Origin: Octopus sinensis
Lineage: Eukaryota
Direction of reading: 5' to 3'
DNA length: 64,000 nt
NCBI RefSeq assembly: GCF_006345805.1
Contig: NW_021833433.1
Location: forward strand, 1 to 64,000
Shown: positions 49,725 through 60,937 of the stretch, in pieces
Layout of the letters: every line of letters starts with the position of its first letter
Position numbering within the stretch: position 1 is the first letter of the stretch
Translations under genes and position numbers: made by a program
Notes under the pieces: model-generated
Database searches by the model: none
The model's input: the letters and a program-made list of their open reading frames with translations, nothing else
What the model was told of the DNA's origin: nothing

Positions 49725-50150
49725 ACCTATTTCTTTACTACCCACAAGGGGCTAAACACAGAGAGGATAAACAAGGACAGACAAACGGATTAAGTCGATT
49801 ACATCGACCCCAGTGCGTAACTGGTACTTATTTAATTGACCCTGAAAGGATGAAAGGCAAAGTCGACCTCGGTGGAATTTGAACTCAGAATGTAACAGCA
49901 GACGAAATACCTATTTCTTTACTACCCACAAGGGGCTAAACACAGAGAGGATAAACAAGGACAGACAAACGGATTAAGTCGATTACATCGACCCCAGTGC
50001 GTAACTGGTACTTATTTAATTGACCCTGAAAGGATGAAAGGCAAAGTCGACCTCGGTGGAATTTGAACTCAGAATGTAACAGCAGACGAAATACCTATTT
50101 CTTTACTACTCACAAGGGGCTAAACATAGAGGGGACAAACAAAGACAGAC
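49725..50150 (-). mobile_element. Tandem SINE family B segments (two identical 184-bp units plus a partial third)
   Basis: acctatttctttact at 49725, 49909 and 50093; the third unit switches into family A body sequence at ~50150. Confidence 0.9.
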
Positions 50151-50249
50151 AACCGATGCTGGTGTGTTTATGTCCCTGTAACTTAGTGGTTTGGCAAAAC
50201 AGACCGACTGAATAAGTACTAGGCTTACAAAGAAATTAGGGTGACAATT

Positions 50250-50397
50250 AGGTTATGAACTTCCTTGGCTTACAGATGTTTCTGCTATAAGGCAAAATGC
50301 ACTCATAATTGAGTACTCGAGTACTCAATTTAGCTTTATTGGAACTTCAAACCTGAAGTGCAATCTGTTTTGGAAAAAACGTTTAAGTTTATGTGAC
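50250..50397 (-). mobile_element. Family H3 copy (degenerate core) with internal 24-bp palindrome
   Basis: ttatgaacttccttggcttacagatgtttctgctataag...tagctttattgg...tgaagtgcaat aligns with 11155-11330; perfect palindrome aattgagtactcgagtactcaatt at 50307-50330. Confidence 0.45.
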
Positions 50398-50399
50398 TG

Positions 50400-50762
50400 A
50401 CAGATAGCCAGCCATAGACAGAGAGATAGACAGACAGATAGATAGGCAGACAGAGATAGACATAGACAGACAGAGAGATAGACATAGACAGACAGAGATA
50501 GACATAGACAGATGGAGATAGACATAGACAGATGGAGATAGACATAGACAGACAGAGATAGGCATAGACAGACAGAGATAGACACAGACAGACAGAGAAA
50601 GACATAGACACAGACAGACAGAGAAAGACATAGACAGACAGAGATAGACATAGACAGACAGAGATAGACACAGACAGACAGAGAAAGACATAGACACAGA
50701 CAGACAGAGAAAGACATAGACAGACAGACATAGACAGACAGAGATAGACATAGACAGACAGA
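50400..50762 (+). repeat. ~20-bp minisatellite gacatagacagacagagata
   Basis: Directly visible. Confidence 0.9.
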
Positions 50763-51832
50763 CCGCTGGATGGTTAGACAGGCAAAGAGACAAGTAGTGA
50801 CAGATGTATAGAGAAAGAATGAGAGAGAGAGATAGATAGATAGATAGACAGACAGATAGAGAGAGAGATTGACAGATAACTAGCTATATAAAGAGGCAGA
50901 CAGCTAGACAGACAGACAGACATTCTATCAGACAATGAAAGACACGGAACAATAAAAAAAAAAAAATGGAAAAAATACAGGGGTGGGAGCAGAGGGGTGG
51001 CAAGCAGATGATTATGATAGGGAGACAGGCAGATGGCAGGAGGTCATGTTTTAGAAAAAGAGTAGAACTTATACAAAGAGGGTAGATGGAGGTGGGTGAC
51101 ACGGGGAGGGGGGGAGTTATCATCACCTCCATTTTTCCCCTGGTAACTCACTCCCACCCCATTAGGGTAGGGCAATAAATTACAAAGGGTACCTATGAGC
51201 AAGAGGTAAAGGATGACAGTACAATATGCAGACAAACCCCTAGGTTGGAGAATAGGGTAGGCCTGAAGGGGAGTGGGTGGGAATGAAAGCAGTGTTGTTG
51301 TTATTGTTGTTGTTTAACCCTGAGTTAGTCCTTGATCCAGTAGACTAATGATCCAATGGCTTCCAGCTGTGACCATCCTGTTTTATATTCACTTATAGTG
51401 TATCTGGCATTACTTCATGGCCATGAGTGTCTATATACGACTTGGGGGAAGAGAGGGTCCACTCAACAAAATAGCAAATTGGGGACCCACAAAAGTATTT
51501 TAAGGGCCCCTGAATAAATTTTGCTTTAGATGTATGTATTGGTTATGTATTGCAAGAAACATTTCATTGGTTAAAATTCGAAGAATTAAACTACGTTAAA
51601 CTTACAAATTACAATTTTCTCAAAAAAGCCAAGTGAAAATAATGTTTCCTTTTGACACATTCTACCAGTATACGAAGTTTCAAATTGTTTAGTTAACTAG
51701 AAATTCCGTCCATCAAAAGGAAAAGATCCCAGCTGGGTTCCTTTCTCTAACATTTTCCATAGTTCAACCTACTCAATGTGTGGAAAACAAAATACCAATT
51801 TGGAAAGAAGTTTCTAGAAAACTAGTTTTTAA

Positions 51833-52788
51833 TCCTTTCGTTACCAACCCGGCTAAAATCGGCTCAGGCTCTGAGTACAAATGTCTTGGTTCCATAAGTT
51901 CTGAATTAAAATCTTCCACCAAAAACCTTAGTCACAATTTATGTTCCTAACACTAGCTTAATGATGACTAAGTTATTTTACTAAATTCTTTGTTATATTT
52001 AAAATTAATTGAAAGAAACACAGAGCATCTCAACAGAAATACAGTAACGAAAGGGTTAAAGTCACCATGATATTTTTAACCCTTTTGATACCAACCTAAC
52101 TGAAACCACCCCTGGCTCTGTAGTACAAATGCCTTGTTTTCAAAAGTTTTGAATTAAAATCTTCCACCAAACCTTAGTCACAATTTATGTTCCTAACACT
52201 AGCTGAATGATAACTAAGTTATTTTACTAAATTCTTTGTTATATTTAAAATTATGTGAAAGAAACACAGAGCAACTCAACAGAAATATGGTAACAAAAGG
52301 GTTAAAGTCACCATGATATTTTTAACCCTTTTGATACCAACCTGGCTGAAACCACCTCTGGCTCTGTAGTACAAATGTCTTGTTTTCATAAGTTTTGAAT
52401 TAAAATCTTCCACCAAACCTTAGTCACAATTTATGTTCCTAACACTAGCTTAATGATAACTAAGTTATTTTACTAAATTCTTTGTTATATTTAAAATAAA
52501 TTGAACGAAACACAGAGCATCTCTAAATACAGTAACAAAAGGGTTAAAGTCACCATGATATTTTTAACCCTTTTGGTACCAACCCGGCTGAAACTGCCTC
52601 TGTCTCTGTACTACAAATGTCTTGTTTTCAAAAGTTCTGAATTAAAATCTTCCACCAAAACTTAGTCACAATTTATGTTCCTAACACTAGCTTAATGATA
52701 ACTAAGTTATTTTACTAAGTTCTCTGTTATATTTAAAGTAATTGAAAGAAACACAGAGCATCTCAAAATAGATACAGTAACGAAAGGG
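51833..52788 (+). mobile_element. Tandem array of four piggyBac-type MITEs
   Basis: Copies 51833-52055, 52080-52301, 52326-52543 and 52568-52788; junctions TTAA-agtcaccatgatattt-TTAA; outer TTAA at 51829-51832 and 52789-52792. Confidence 0.85.
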
Positions 52789-52918
52789 TTAAATACTGAA
52801 TGGCTATAGGGGGTCCATCAGAATAAAATACTAATCGAAGGGGTCCATTGTTTGTTGAGAACCCCTGCTTTAGATGTTGTATGTATTGGTATGTAGTGCG
52901 AGAAACAGCTGGGTTTAA

Positions 52919-53150
52919 GGCGGCGAGCTGGCAGAATCGTTAGCACGCCGGACAAATGCTTAGCAGAATTTCGTCTGCCGCTACGTTCTGAGTTCAAATT
53001 CCGCCGAGGTGGACATTACCTTTCATCCTTTCAGGGTCGATAAATTAAGTACCAGTTACGCACTGGGGTCGATATAATCGACTTAATTCGTTTGTCTGTT
53101 CTTGTTTGTGCCCCTCTTTGTGTGGCCCCTTGTAGGCAGTAAAGAAATAA
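52919..53150 (+). mobile_element. SINE family B, full length
   Basis: ggcggcgagctggcagaatcg...taaagaaata. Confidence 0.9.
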
Positions 53151-53259
53151 GGAACAACTGGGTTTCTTTCTCCACCATAATACAATGGTAATCAAAGGGG
53201 TCCATAGATAAGAAATGGTTGAGAACCCCTGATCTAATATGTCCTTTTTTGCTGTTATT

Positions 53260-53650
53260 TAGCCCTAGGTCAGTCCCAGTCCAGCAGACCTATGATCAAA
53301 GGTGGTTCACATATGACCACCCTGTCTTATTCAGACAGACATAGTGTATCTAGGCCTACATTCTTTAATGTGTCCTTCTTTGTTGATGTTTAGCCCTGAG
53401 TCTGTCATGGTCAAACATGTTCCAGTTGTGACCATCCTGTCTGTTATTCAGACATTGTGTATCTAGGACTATATTATCTAATGCTGTTGTATAGCCCCAG
53501 GTCAGTCCTGATCCAGCAGACCTATGATCAAAGGTGTTCCAAACGTGACCATCCCGTCTTTTCTTCTTGTTGTTGGTAATTTCTCCCAGGTTAGTCTTGC
53601 TTCAAATAGACCTATAATCAAAGACAGTCCAGTTATGACCATTCCATCTA
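53260..53650 (-). repeat. Short diverged array of the ~132-bp repeat family, reverse orientation
   Basis: tagccc.aggtcagtcc..tccagcagacctatgatcaaagg...gtgaccatcc recurs three times. Confidence 0.75.
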
Positions 53651-54197
53651 GGAACACATTATTCAATGCATTCATTATCTTTTTAAGCCAACAGCAGGGA
53701 TATCTGGCAGTTATTTCTAGCACACAGAAACACCACAATGAGGGCCCCTGATTAGCTCCCCATCCTGCACCCTCAACAGAAGTAGGTTGTGTAGGTGGAT
53801 ACCCAGGGTGGCTGGGTAGGTTTAGAATGATGAATGACAGCAGGAGGGGGGGACAGCGAGGAGGGGGGAACTTTTTGGTTTGCTTTTTTCATATTGCAGT
53901 GGTGAAAAGGGGTTTAAGGGACACATAATAGGACCCTCTCTTCTACTTCTTTTTTTTGTTAAGGACCAGCTGCTTCTGGTGACGTGACCCCACTGAACCC
54001 TAGATTCTCAGAACCCCACATACACACCCAACACACAGATAAGTGTAGGAAAATATCACTAATTGTAGGGTGTGTGTGTGTGTATATACATATTTGTGTA
54101 TATGTACATATGCATGTATGTGTATAAGTATGTATATTTACATGTATAATTATGTGTGTATATATGAGTGTATATATACATGAAGTCATAAATGACA

Positions 54198-54558
54198 GAG
54201 TTTGCTTACCAACCACATGGTTCCGGGTTCAGTCCCACTGCGTGGCACCTTGGGCAAGTGTCTTCTACTATAGCCCCGGGCCGACCAAAGCCTTGTGAGT
54301 GGATTTGGTAGACGGAAACTGAAAGAAGCCTGTCCTGTATATGTATATATATATATATGTGTATGTGTGTGTATGTCTCCCTAGCATTGCTTGACAACCG
54401 ATGCTGGTGTGATTGTCCCTGTAACTTAGCAGTTCAGCAAAAGAGACCGATAGAATAAGTACTAGGCTTACAAAGAATAAGTCCTGGGGTCGATTTGCTC
54501 AACTAAAGGCGGTGCTCCAGCATGGCCACAGTCAAATGACTGAAATAAGTAAAAGAGT
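54198..54558 (+). mobile_element. SINE family A
   Basis: Body and tail match the other family A copies. Confidence 0.85.
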
Positions 54559-54604
54559 ATATACGTATGTATGTATGTATGTATGTATGTATGTGCATGT
54601 ATGA

Positions 54605-54635
<31 letters not shown>

Positions 54636-54914
54636 AGAGAAATTATACAAACTGTGTAAGTGGATGATGAGTAAAGGACCAGCACAGTTTCAACCTCAGC
54701 AGAATTTGAACTCAGAACATAAAGACAGATGAAATACCGCTCGCTGTGCTAACGATTCTGCCAGCTCACTGACTTAAAGCTGTATGTATATTAAAAGAAT
54801 TAAAGGTAATGCTGAGCAACTTTGTAATAATCCTCATTATCATTATTGTTGATATGTGTGTTTGGCACCACCCCACCACCATCACCACCACTCAACAACC
54901 GGTGTTGGTGTGTT

Positions 54915-55245
54915 TACGTCCCCTCCGTGCCGGTGGCACATAAAAAGCACCATCTGATCGTGGCCGTTGCCAGCCTGGCCTGGCCCCCGTGCCGGTGGCA
55001 CGTAAAAAGCACCATCCGTCCATGGCCATTTGCTAGCCTCCCCTGGCACCTGTGCTGGTGGCATGTAAAAAGCACCCACTACACTCACGGAGTGGTTGGC
55101 GTTAGGAAGGGCATCCAGCTGTAGAAACACTGCCAGATCAGACTGGGCCTGGTGCAACCTTCTGGCTTCCCAGACCCCAGTTGAACCATCCAACCCATGC
55201 TAGCATGGAAAGCGGACGCTAAACGATGATGATGATGATGATGAT
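54915..55245 (+). mobile_element. RTE 3' UTR with ccgtgccggtggcac subrepeats and (GAT)n tail
   Basis: ggttggcgttaggaagggcatccagctgtagaaac..aacccatgctagcatggaaagcggacgctaaacgatgatg. Confidence 0.8.
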
Positions 55246-55384
55246 TAATTTAGCAGTTCAGCAAAGGAGACTGATAGAATAAGTCCTAAGCTTAAAAACG
55301 AAAAATAACAAGACCCGGGGTCGATTGCAAGGCATACATAATGCATCATGTAAGTCTTGCACTTTGTGATAAAGCCCTCTATAC

Positions 55385-56022
55385 CTTTTACTCTCTTTTT
55401 ACTCTTTTACTTGTTTCAGTCATTTGACTGTGGCCATGCTGGAGCACCGCCTTTAGTCGAGCAAATCGACCTCGGGACTTATTCTTTGTAAGCCCAGTAC
55501 TTATTCTATTGGTCTCTTTTGCCGAACCGCTAAGTTAAGAAGACGTAAACACACCAGCATCGGTTGTCAAGCGATGTTGTGGGGGAGGACAAACACAGAC
55601 ACACACATATATATATATATGTATATATAGGCGGCGAGCTGGCAGACACGTTAGCACGCCAGGCGAAATGCTTAGCGGTATTTCGTCTGTCGTTACATTC
55701 TGAGTTCAAATTCCACCGAGGTCAACTTTGCCTTTCACCCTTTCAGGGTCGATAAATAAAGTACCAGTTTCGCACTGGGGGCGATATAATCAACTCAATC
55801 CCTTCGTCTATCCTTGTTTGTCCACTCTATGTTTAGCCCCTTCTGGGCAGTAAAGAAATATATATACATATATACGACGGGCTTCTTTCAGTTTCCATCT
55901 ACCAAATCCACTCACAAGGCTTTGGTCGGCCAGAGGCTATAGCAGAAGCCACGCAGTGGGACTGAACCCGGAACCATGAAGTTGGTAAGCAAGCTACTTA
56001 CCACACAGCCACTCCTGCGCCT
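55385..56022 (-). mobile_element. SINE family A interrupted by a family B copy (55630-55860, + strand)
   Basis: The A tail and A head halves flank a complete B element inserted in the internal (TA)n of A. Confidence 0.85.
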
Positions 56023-56049
56023 ATGCAGATATTTCATAATGAAATCAGT

Positions 56050-56480
56050 CAAAATAATGTAGTCCTAGGTACACTATGTTTGAATAACAGACATGATGGT
56101 CACATCTGGAACATCTTTGATCTTAGGTCTACTAGATAAAGACTGACTTGAGGCTCATCAACAACAAGGAAAGACACATTAGGTAATGTAGTCCTAGGTA
56201 CACTATGTCTGAATAACAGGCATGATGGTCACATCTGGAACATCTTTGATGCTAGATCTGCAACAACAACAACAAGGAAAGACACATTAGATAATGTAGT
56301 CCTAGGTACACTAGACGTGATGGTCACATCTGGAACATCTTTGATGCTAGATCTGCTACAACAACCACAAGGAAAGACACATTAGATAATGTAGTCCTAG
56401 AGACACTATGTCTGGATAAAAAAAACAGGATGGTCATAGTTGGAATACCTTTGATCATAATCCTGCTGAATCGGAACTGA
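56050..56480 (+). repeat. Four-unit array of the ~132-bp repeat family (shortened units)
   Basis: aatgtagtcctag..acact..gatggtcacatctggaacatctttgat recurs. Confidence 0.85.
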
Positions 56481-56821
56481 AGGTAAACATCACTGCTACA
56501 CCGATCTCACACCACCACCACTACCACCACCACCACTACCACCATCACCACCACCACCACCACTGAAGACCACAACACCACCCTGCACGCAATGAACTGG
56601 GAACCCGATTGTTCTGTAATTAGGTTAGACATGTGGGTGGGGTGAGGTGGTAGGAGTGGTGAGAGTTGGAAAAGTCAATGAGGGGAGGGGGAAGAGGGAG
56701 AGCGAGTGAGATAAGAGGTGGAGTGTAAGTAGAGCGGATATGGTGGTGGCTGCGGCAGTGGAGAGTAGATTGTCCCATCATTACAGAAGACAGATAGAGA
56801 CACACATATACACACACATAT

Positions 56822-56873
<52 letters not shown>

Positions 56874-57030
56874 TGTGTGTGTATCTATATATGTGCATAT
56901 ATGTATACGATGATGATGATATATGTATATATATATATATGTATATATATATATAATATATATATATAATATATAGTGTGTGTGTGTATCTATATATGTG
57001 CATATATGTATACGATGATGATGATATATG

Positions 57031-57080
<50 letters not shown>

Positions 57081-57448
57081 AGAGGGAAACCACTATGTGG
57101 ACACCCATATGCTAGAAATAGATCCGCTACGGTCTCACCACTAAGAAATGTTCTCAAGAGAAATTTCGCAAAACAACCAAAACAGTAATCGAGCAAGACA
57201 AAAGAAATAGTAATAAAAATATGGATTATATATATATATGTATATATATGTTACACTCTCACGGTACAGAGTGAGAAATAGAGGAAGTGAGGCACACAAA
57301 CACATGCCCAGGTAAGACACACATAGAATGACAGACAGACAGACAAATCAGACAGATAGATGACCAAGCAAAAAGGCAGACACAATCACATACACCTGTA
57401 CACACACAGTGAAGACATGTATGGAGAGAAGAATACAAAGTGAGCAAA

Positions 57449-57479
<31 letters not shown>

Positions 57480-57504
57480 TATATCTGTTACCAGAGCGGA
57501 TAAC

Positions 57505-58270
57505 TGGCTTCTGTGCTGGTGGCATGTAAAAGGCACCATTCGCGCGTGATCGTTACCAGCGTCACCTTACTGGCACCTGTGCCGGTGGCATGTGTAAAAA
57601 GATTTGAGCGAGGTCATTGCCAGTGCTGCCTGACTGGCCCCTCCGTGTCGGTGGCACGTGAAAAGCACCCACTACACTCTCGGAGTGGTTGGCGTTAGGA
57701 AGGGCATCCAGCTGTAGAAACCCTACCAGATCAAACTGGAGCCTGGTGCAGCCTCCTGGCTTCCTAGATCCCCGGTCGAACCATCCAACCCATGCTAGCA
57801 TGGAGAACGGACGTTAAACGATGATGATGATGATGATGATTGTATCTCAGGATCTTTTTGGCTCTGAGCCCGAGGCCACTAATCACTAGCTTATCTTCAG
57901 TTGTACATTCTTCTCCTGGGAAAGATTTGGCATTTATGAGCAACTGGCTTCCGTGCCAGTGGCACGTAAAAGGGCACCATTTAAGCTTGATCGTTACCAA
58001 CATCACCTTACTGGCACCTGCGCTGGTGGCATGTGTAAAAGGATTTGAGCGAGGTCATTGCCAGTACAGCCTGACTGGCCCCCATGCCGGTGGCAAGTGA
58101 AAAGCACCCACTACACTCTTGGAGTGTTTGGCGTTAGGAAGGGCATCCAGCAGTAGAAACTCTGCCAGATCAAGATTGGAGCCTGGTGCAGCCTTCTGGT
58201 TCACCAGCCCTCAGTCAAAATTGTCCAACCCATGCTAGCATGGAAAGTGGATGTTAAACGATCATCATGA
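57505..58270 (+). mobile_element. Two RTE 3' UTR copies (57505-57840, 57948-58270)
   Basis: Same 3' UTR and GAT tail as 54915-55245. Confidence 0.8.
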
Positions 58271-58789
58271 AGATGATAGAGAGAATTACAGACAGTGAAA
58301 AGAGACGCACACATACATACAAGTATATATATATACATGCACATCATGAAGAGTAAGAAAGATACTAATAAACACAAATACAAGACTCAACAAAGACAGA
58401 CATGCACAATATAGCCACAGGCAATTAATGAGAAAAAACAAGAAAAAAATAAAAACAAAAGAAAATACAGAAATGAAGATGAACAATCAAGAGTAGAAAG
58501 TCAAATGTGAAGGATTGTGAAGGCATTTCAGCATTTTGATATTTCAATATTTTGGACAATTTGCCCTTTGTCAAGGTAGATAAATATTGGGCAGACTGGA
58601 GCTGACCTGATATTAAATACATATAACTCAAATTAAAGGGGCAGAAGGTAGCTGTCTTTTGCTTCTTCACTTATTTATAGTGTGTGTGAGTGTGAATATA
58701 TGTATATATGTCATGTAAATGACACTCATTCATGTGGCACATAAAAGCACTCATCATATTCATGAAGTGGTTGGCATTAAGAAGTATGA

Positions 58790-58990
58790 TCTGGTCACAG
58801 GCAGAGGACAATCTGCCCCAGCGTGTGCAGCAGATGGCCATATGGCGGGAGGCTGCGGGGTGGTGCATGCATGCATGCAGTTCTTTGTTGGAAACCTGAT
58901 GGTACCAGTTAATGTTCTACGTGGTTCTCAGGACTGCTACCAAAGCCATTGATACTCCTTGAATTGGTCTTTGCGAGGGTGCCATGTTTC
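58790..58990 (-). mobile_element. Decayed RTE ORF2 fragment
   Basis: Minus-strand LRTT*NINWYHQVSNKELH resembles the post-RT L..I.W...V.N.E motif. Confidence 0.4.
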
Positions 58991-59054
58991 TGCTCCATAG
59001 AGGTGAACAGAGAGAGGACCGACACATTGTGTGTGTATGTATATGTATATATAT

Positions 59055-59282
59055 ATTTCTTTACTACCCACAAGGGGCTAAACACAGAGGACAAACAAGG
59101 ACAGACAAACGGATTAAGTTGATTACATCGAACCCAGTGCATAACTGGTACTTAATTAATCGACCCTGAAAGGATGAAAGGCAAAGTAGACCTCGGCGGA
59201 ATTTGAACTCAGAACGTAACAACAGACGAAATAAGGCTACGCATTTTGCCCGGCGTGCTAACGTTTCTGCCAGCTTACCGCC
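59055..59282 (-). mobile_element. SINE family B, full length
   Basis: Complete reverse copy; a degenerate copy lies at ~59795-59995. Confidence 0.85.
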
Positions 59283-59287
59283 TTTTT

Positions 59288-59337
<50 letters not shown>

Positions 59338-60029
59338 CAGATAGAGAGCTAACTATACAGATATAGATGCATATAAAAGCATGTATACATTCATATACAT
59401 GCACATAAATTTATATATATACATATATAGACATATGCATGTGTGTGTATATACAGGTGAATATCTTTACATATACGTGTGTGTGTGTGTGTATGAATAT
59501 ACACACACAGACAAAAGTAGAGACAAACAGCTGTAGTGAAAAATAGTCTGTGAGACAGTCACACACAGAGATAATCTAAGGAATTCCATACTTGATGGTG
59601 CCACCCAGATAATCTACCCAAGAAATCTTTTAACGTAACAAAACTAAAGGCCTTTTGGCTGTCTCAGAGAAAAGGCATTTTTCTAAGAGTGTGTCTGTGG
59701 GTACATTGGTGTTGATGATGGTGGGGTAGAATCAAACAGAACTGCAAAAATGTGATACTAAATAGATTAGCAATAATGTTTTCTACTATAGGCACAAGGC
59801 CTGAAATGTTGGGTGGGAGAGCTAGTCAATTAAATCGACCCCATATCTCAACTGGCATTGATTTTACTGACCCTGAAAAGTTAAAAGGTAAATTGGGCCC
59901 CAACAGAATTTGAACTCAGAACATAAAAGGGCCAAAAGAAATGTTGTTAAGAATTTTGTCTGGCATATTAACAATTTTACCAGGTCACCACCTAAGATAA
60001 AATTACAACAACAACAACAACATGAAATC

Positions 60030-60260
60030 ACCCTATTATACACATATGGTTGTGAAGCATATGCCAGGTGGACCCTTATCAGACAAATAGTCATGATGGA
60101 TATATTGGGCTTCATATATTTGTACTTCAGTATCAATTTGATGACATGCACTACTACCCTCTGTGACCCTTGGTAGCACTGCCAAGCCAAGAATTTCTGG
60201 AAAGTATCCATCCATAGGTAGTCCTGAACAGGAAAGTCCTCAGAGACAGACTATCCAGTT
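60030..60260 (+). mobile_element. Decayed RTE ORF2 fragment
   Basis: TLLYTYGCEAYARWTL resembles the RTE LLYGCE.WTL motif. Confidence 0.45.
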
Positions 60261-60302
60261 CATTTCTGTCACTGCGCACAGAGTTATGCTACTCCTGCCA
60301 TT

Positions 60303-60604
60303 GATGTTCCTTCTCGAGCCATGCCTGGCTCATAAGGGCTGGTTTCCCAGTTTCCTTGGCGTATAGGTTCCCCACCTGGACGGGACGCCGGTCCATCACA
60401 GGTGAGCTGCAAGATGCAGGAGGAAAGAGTGAGAGAAAGTTGTGGCGAAAGAGTCAGCAGAAGTCTCGCCATTACCTTCTGCCGGAGCCGCGTGGAGCTT
60501 AGGTGTTTCGCTCATAAACACACACATCGTCCGGTCTGAGATTCGAACCCGCAATCCCTCGACCGCGAGTCCGCTGCTCTAACCACTGGGCCATGTGCCT
60601 CCAC
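60303..60604 (-). mobile_element. SINE family C head/body with tail type 3
   Basis: Head gtggaggcacatggcccagtggttagagcagcgg; tail ccggcgtcccgtccaggtggggaacc..ggaaaccagcccttatgagcc; TSD ac(t/c)cctgccatt at 60291-60302 and 60605-60616. Confidence 0.8.
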
Positions 60605-60900
60605 ACCCCTGCCATTAATTCTCTATCAGTAGTCTGTCTTCTTTAGTATTGCCATCAATAGGTGGGCTATAAAAACATCATTATATGTAGGCGGTAGGGG
60701 TCAGAAAAAGTGGGGGATGAACTAAACTAAGTCATATAAAGAGAAGGGGAGGGACAGATGGCTGTGATGTCACAGTGAAGATGGTGTCCCTGTATTTATT
60801 GGGTGGATGAGCAGGTAGGTAGGTGAGGAAGGTGGGAGATAGAGAGACAAATACAGATTGATATAAAATCTCTCTCTCTCTCCCTCTCTTTCTGTCATAT

Positions 60901-60937
<37 letters not shown>

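Noticed and set aside
52795-53235. gttgagaacccctg ends (also at ~15790) as a complete hAT element
   Set aside because: Both ends point the same way and no TSD was found; only fragments.
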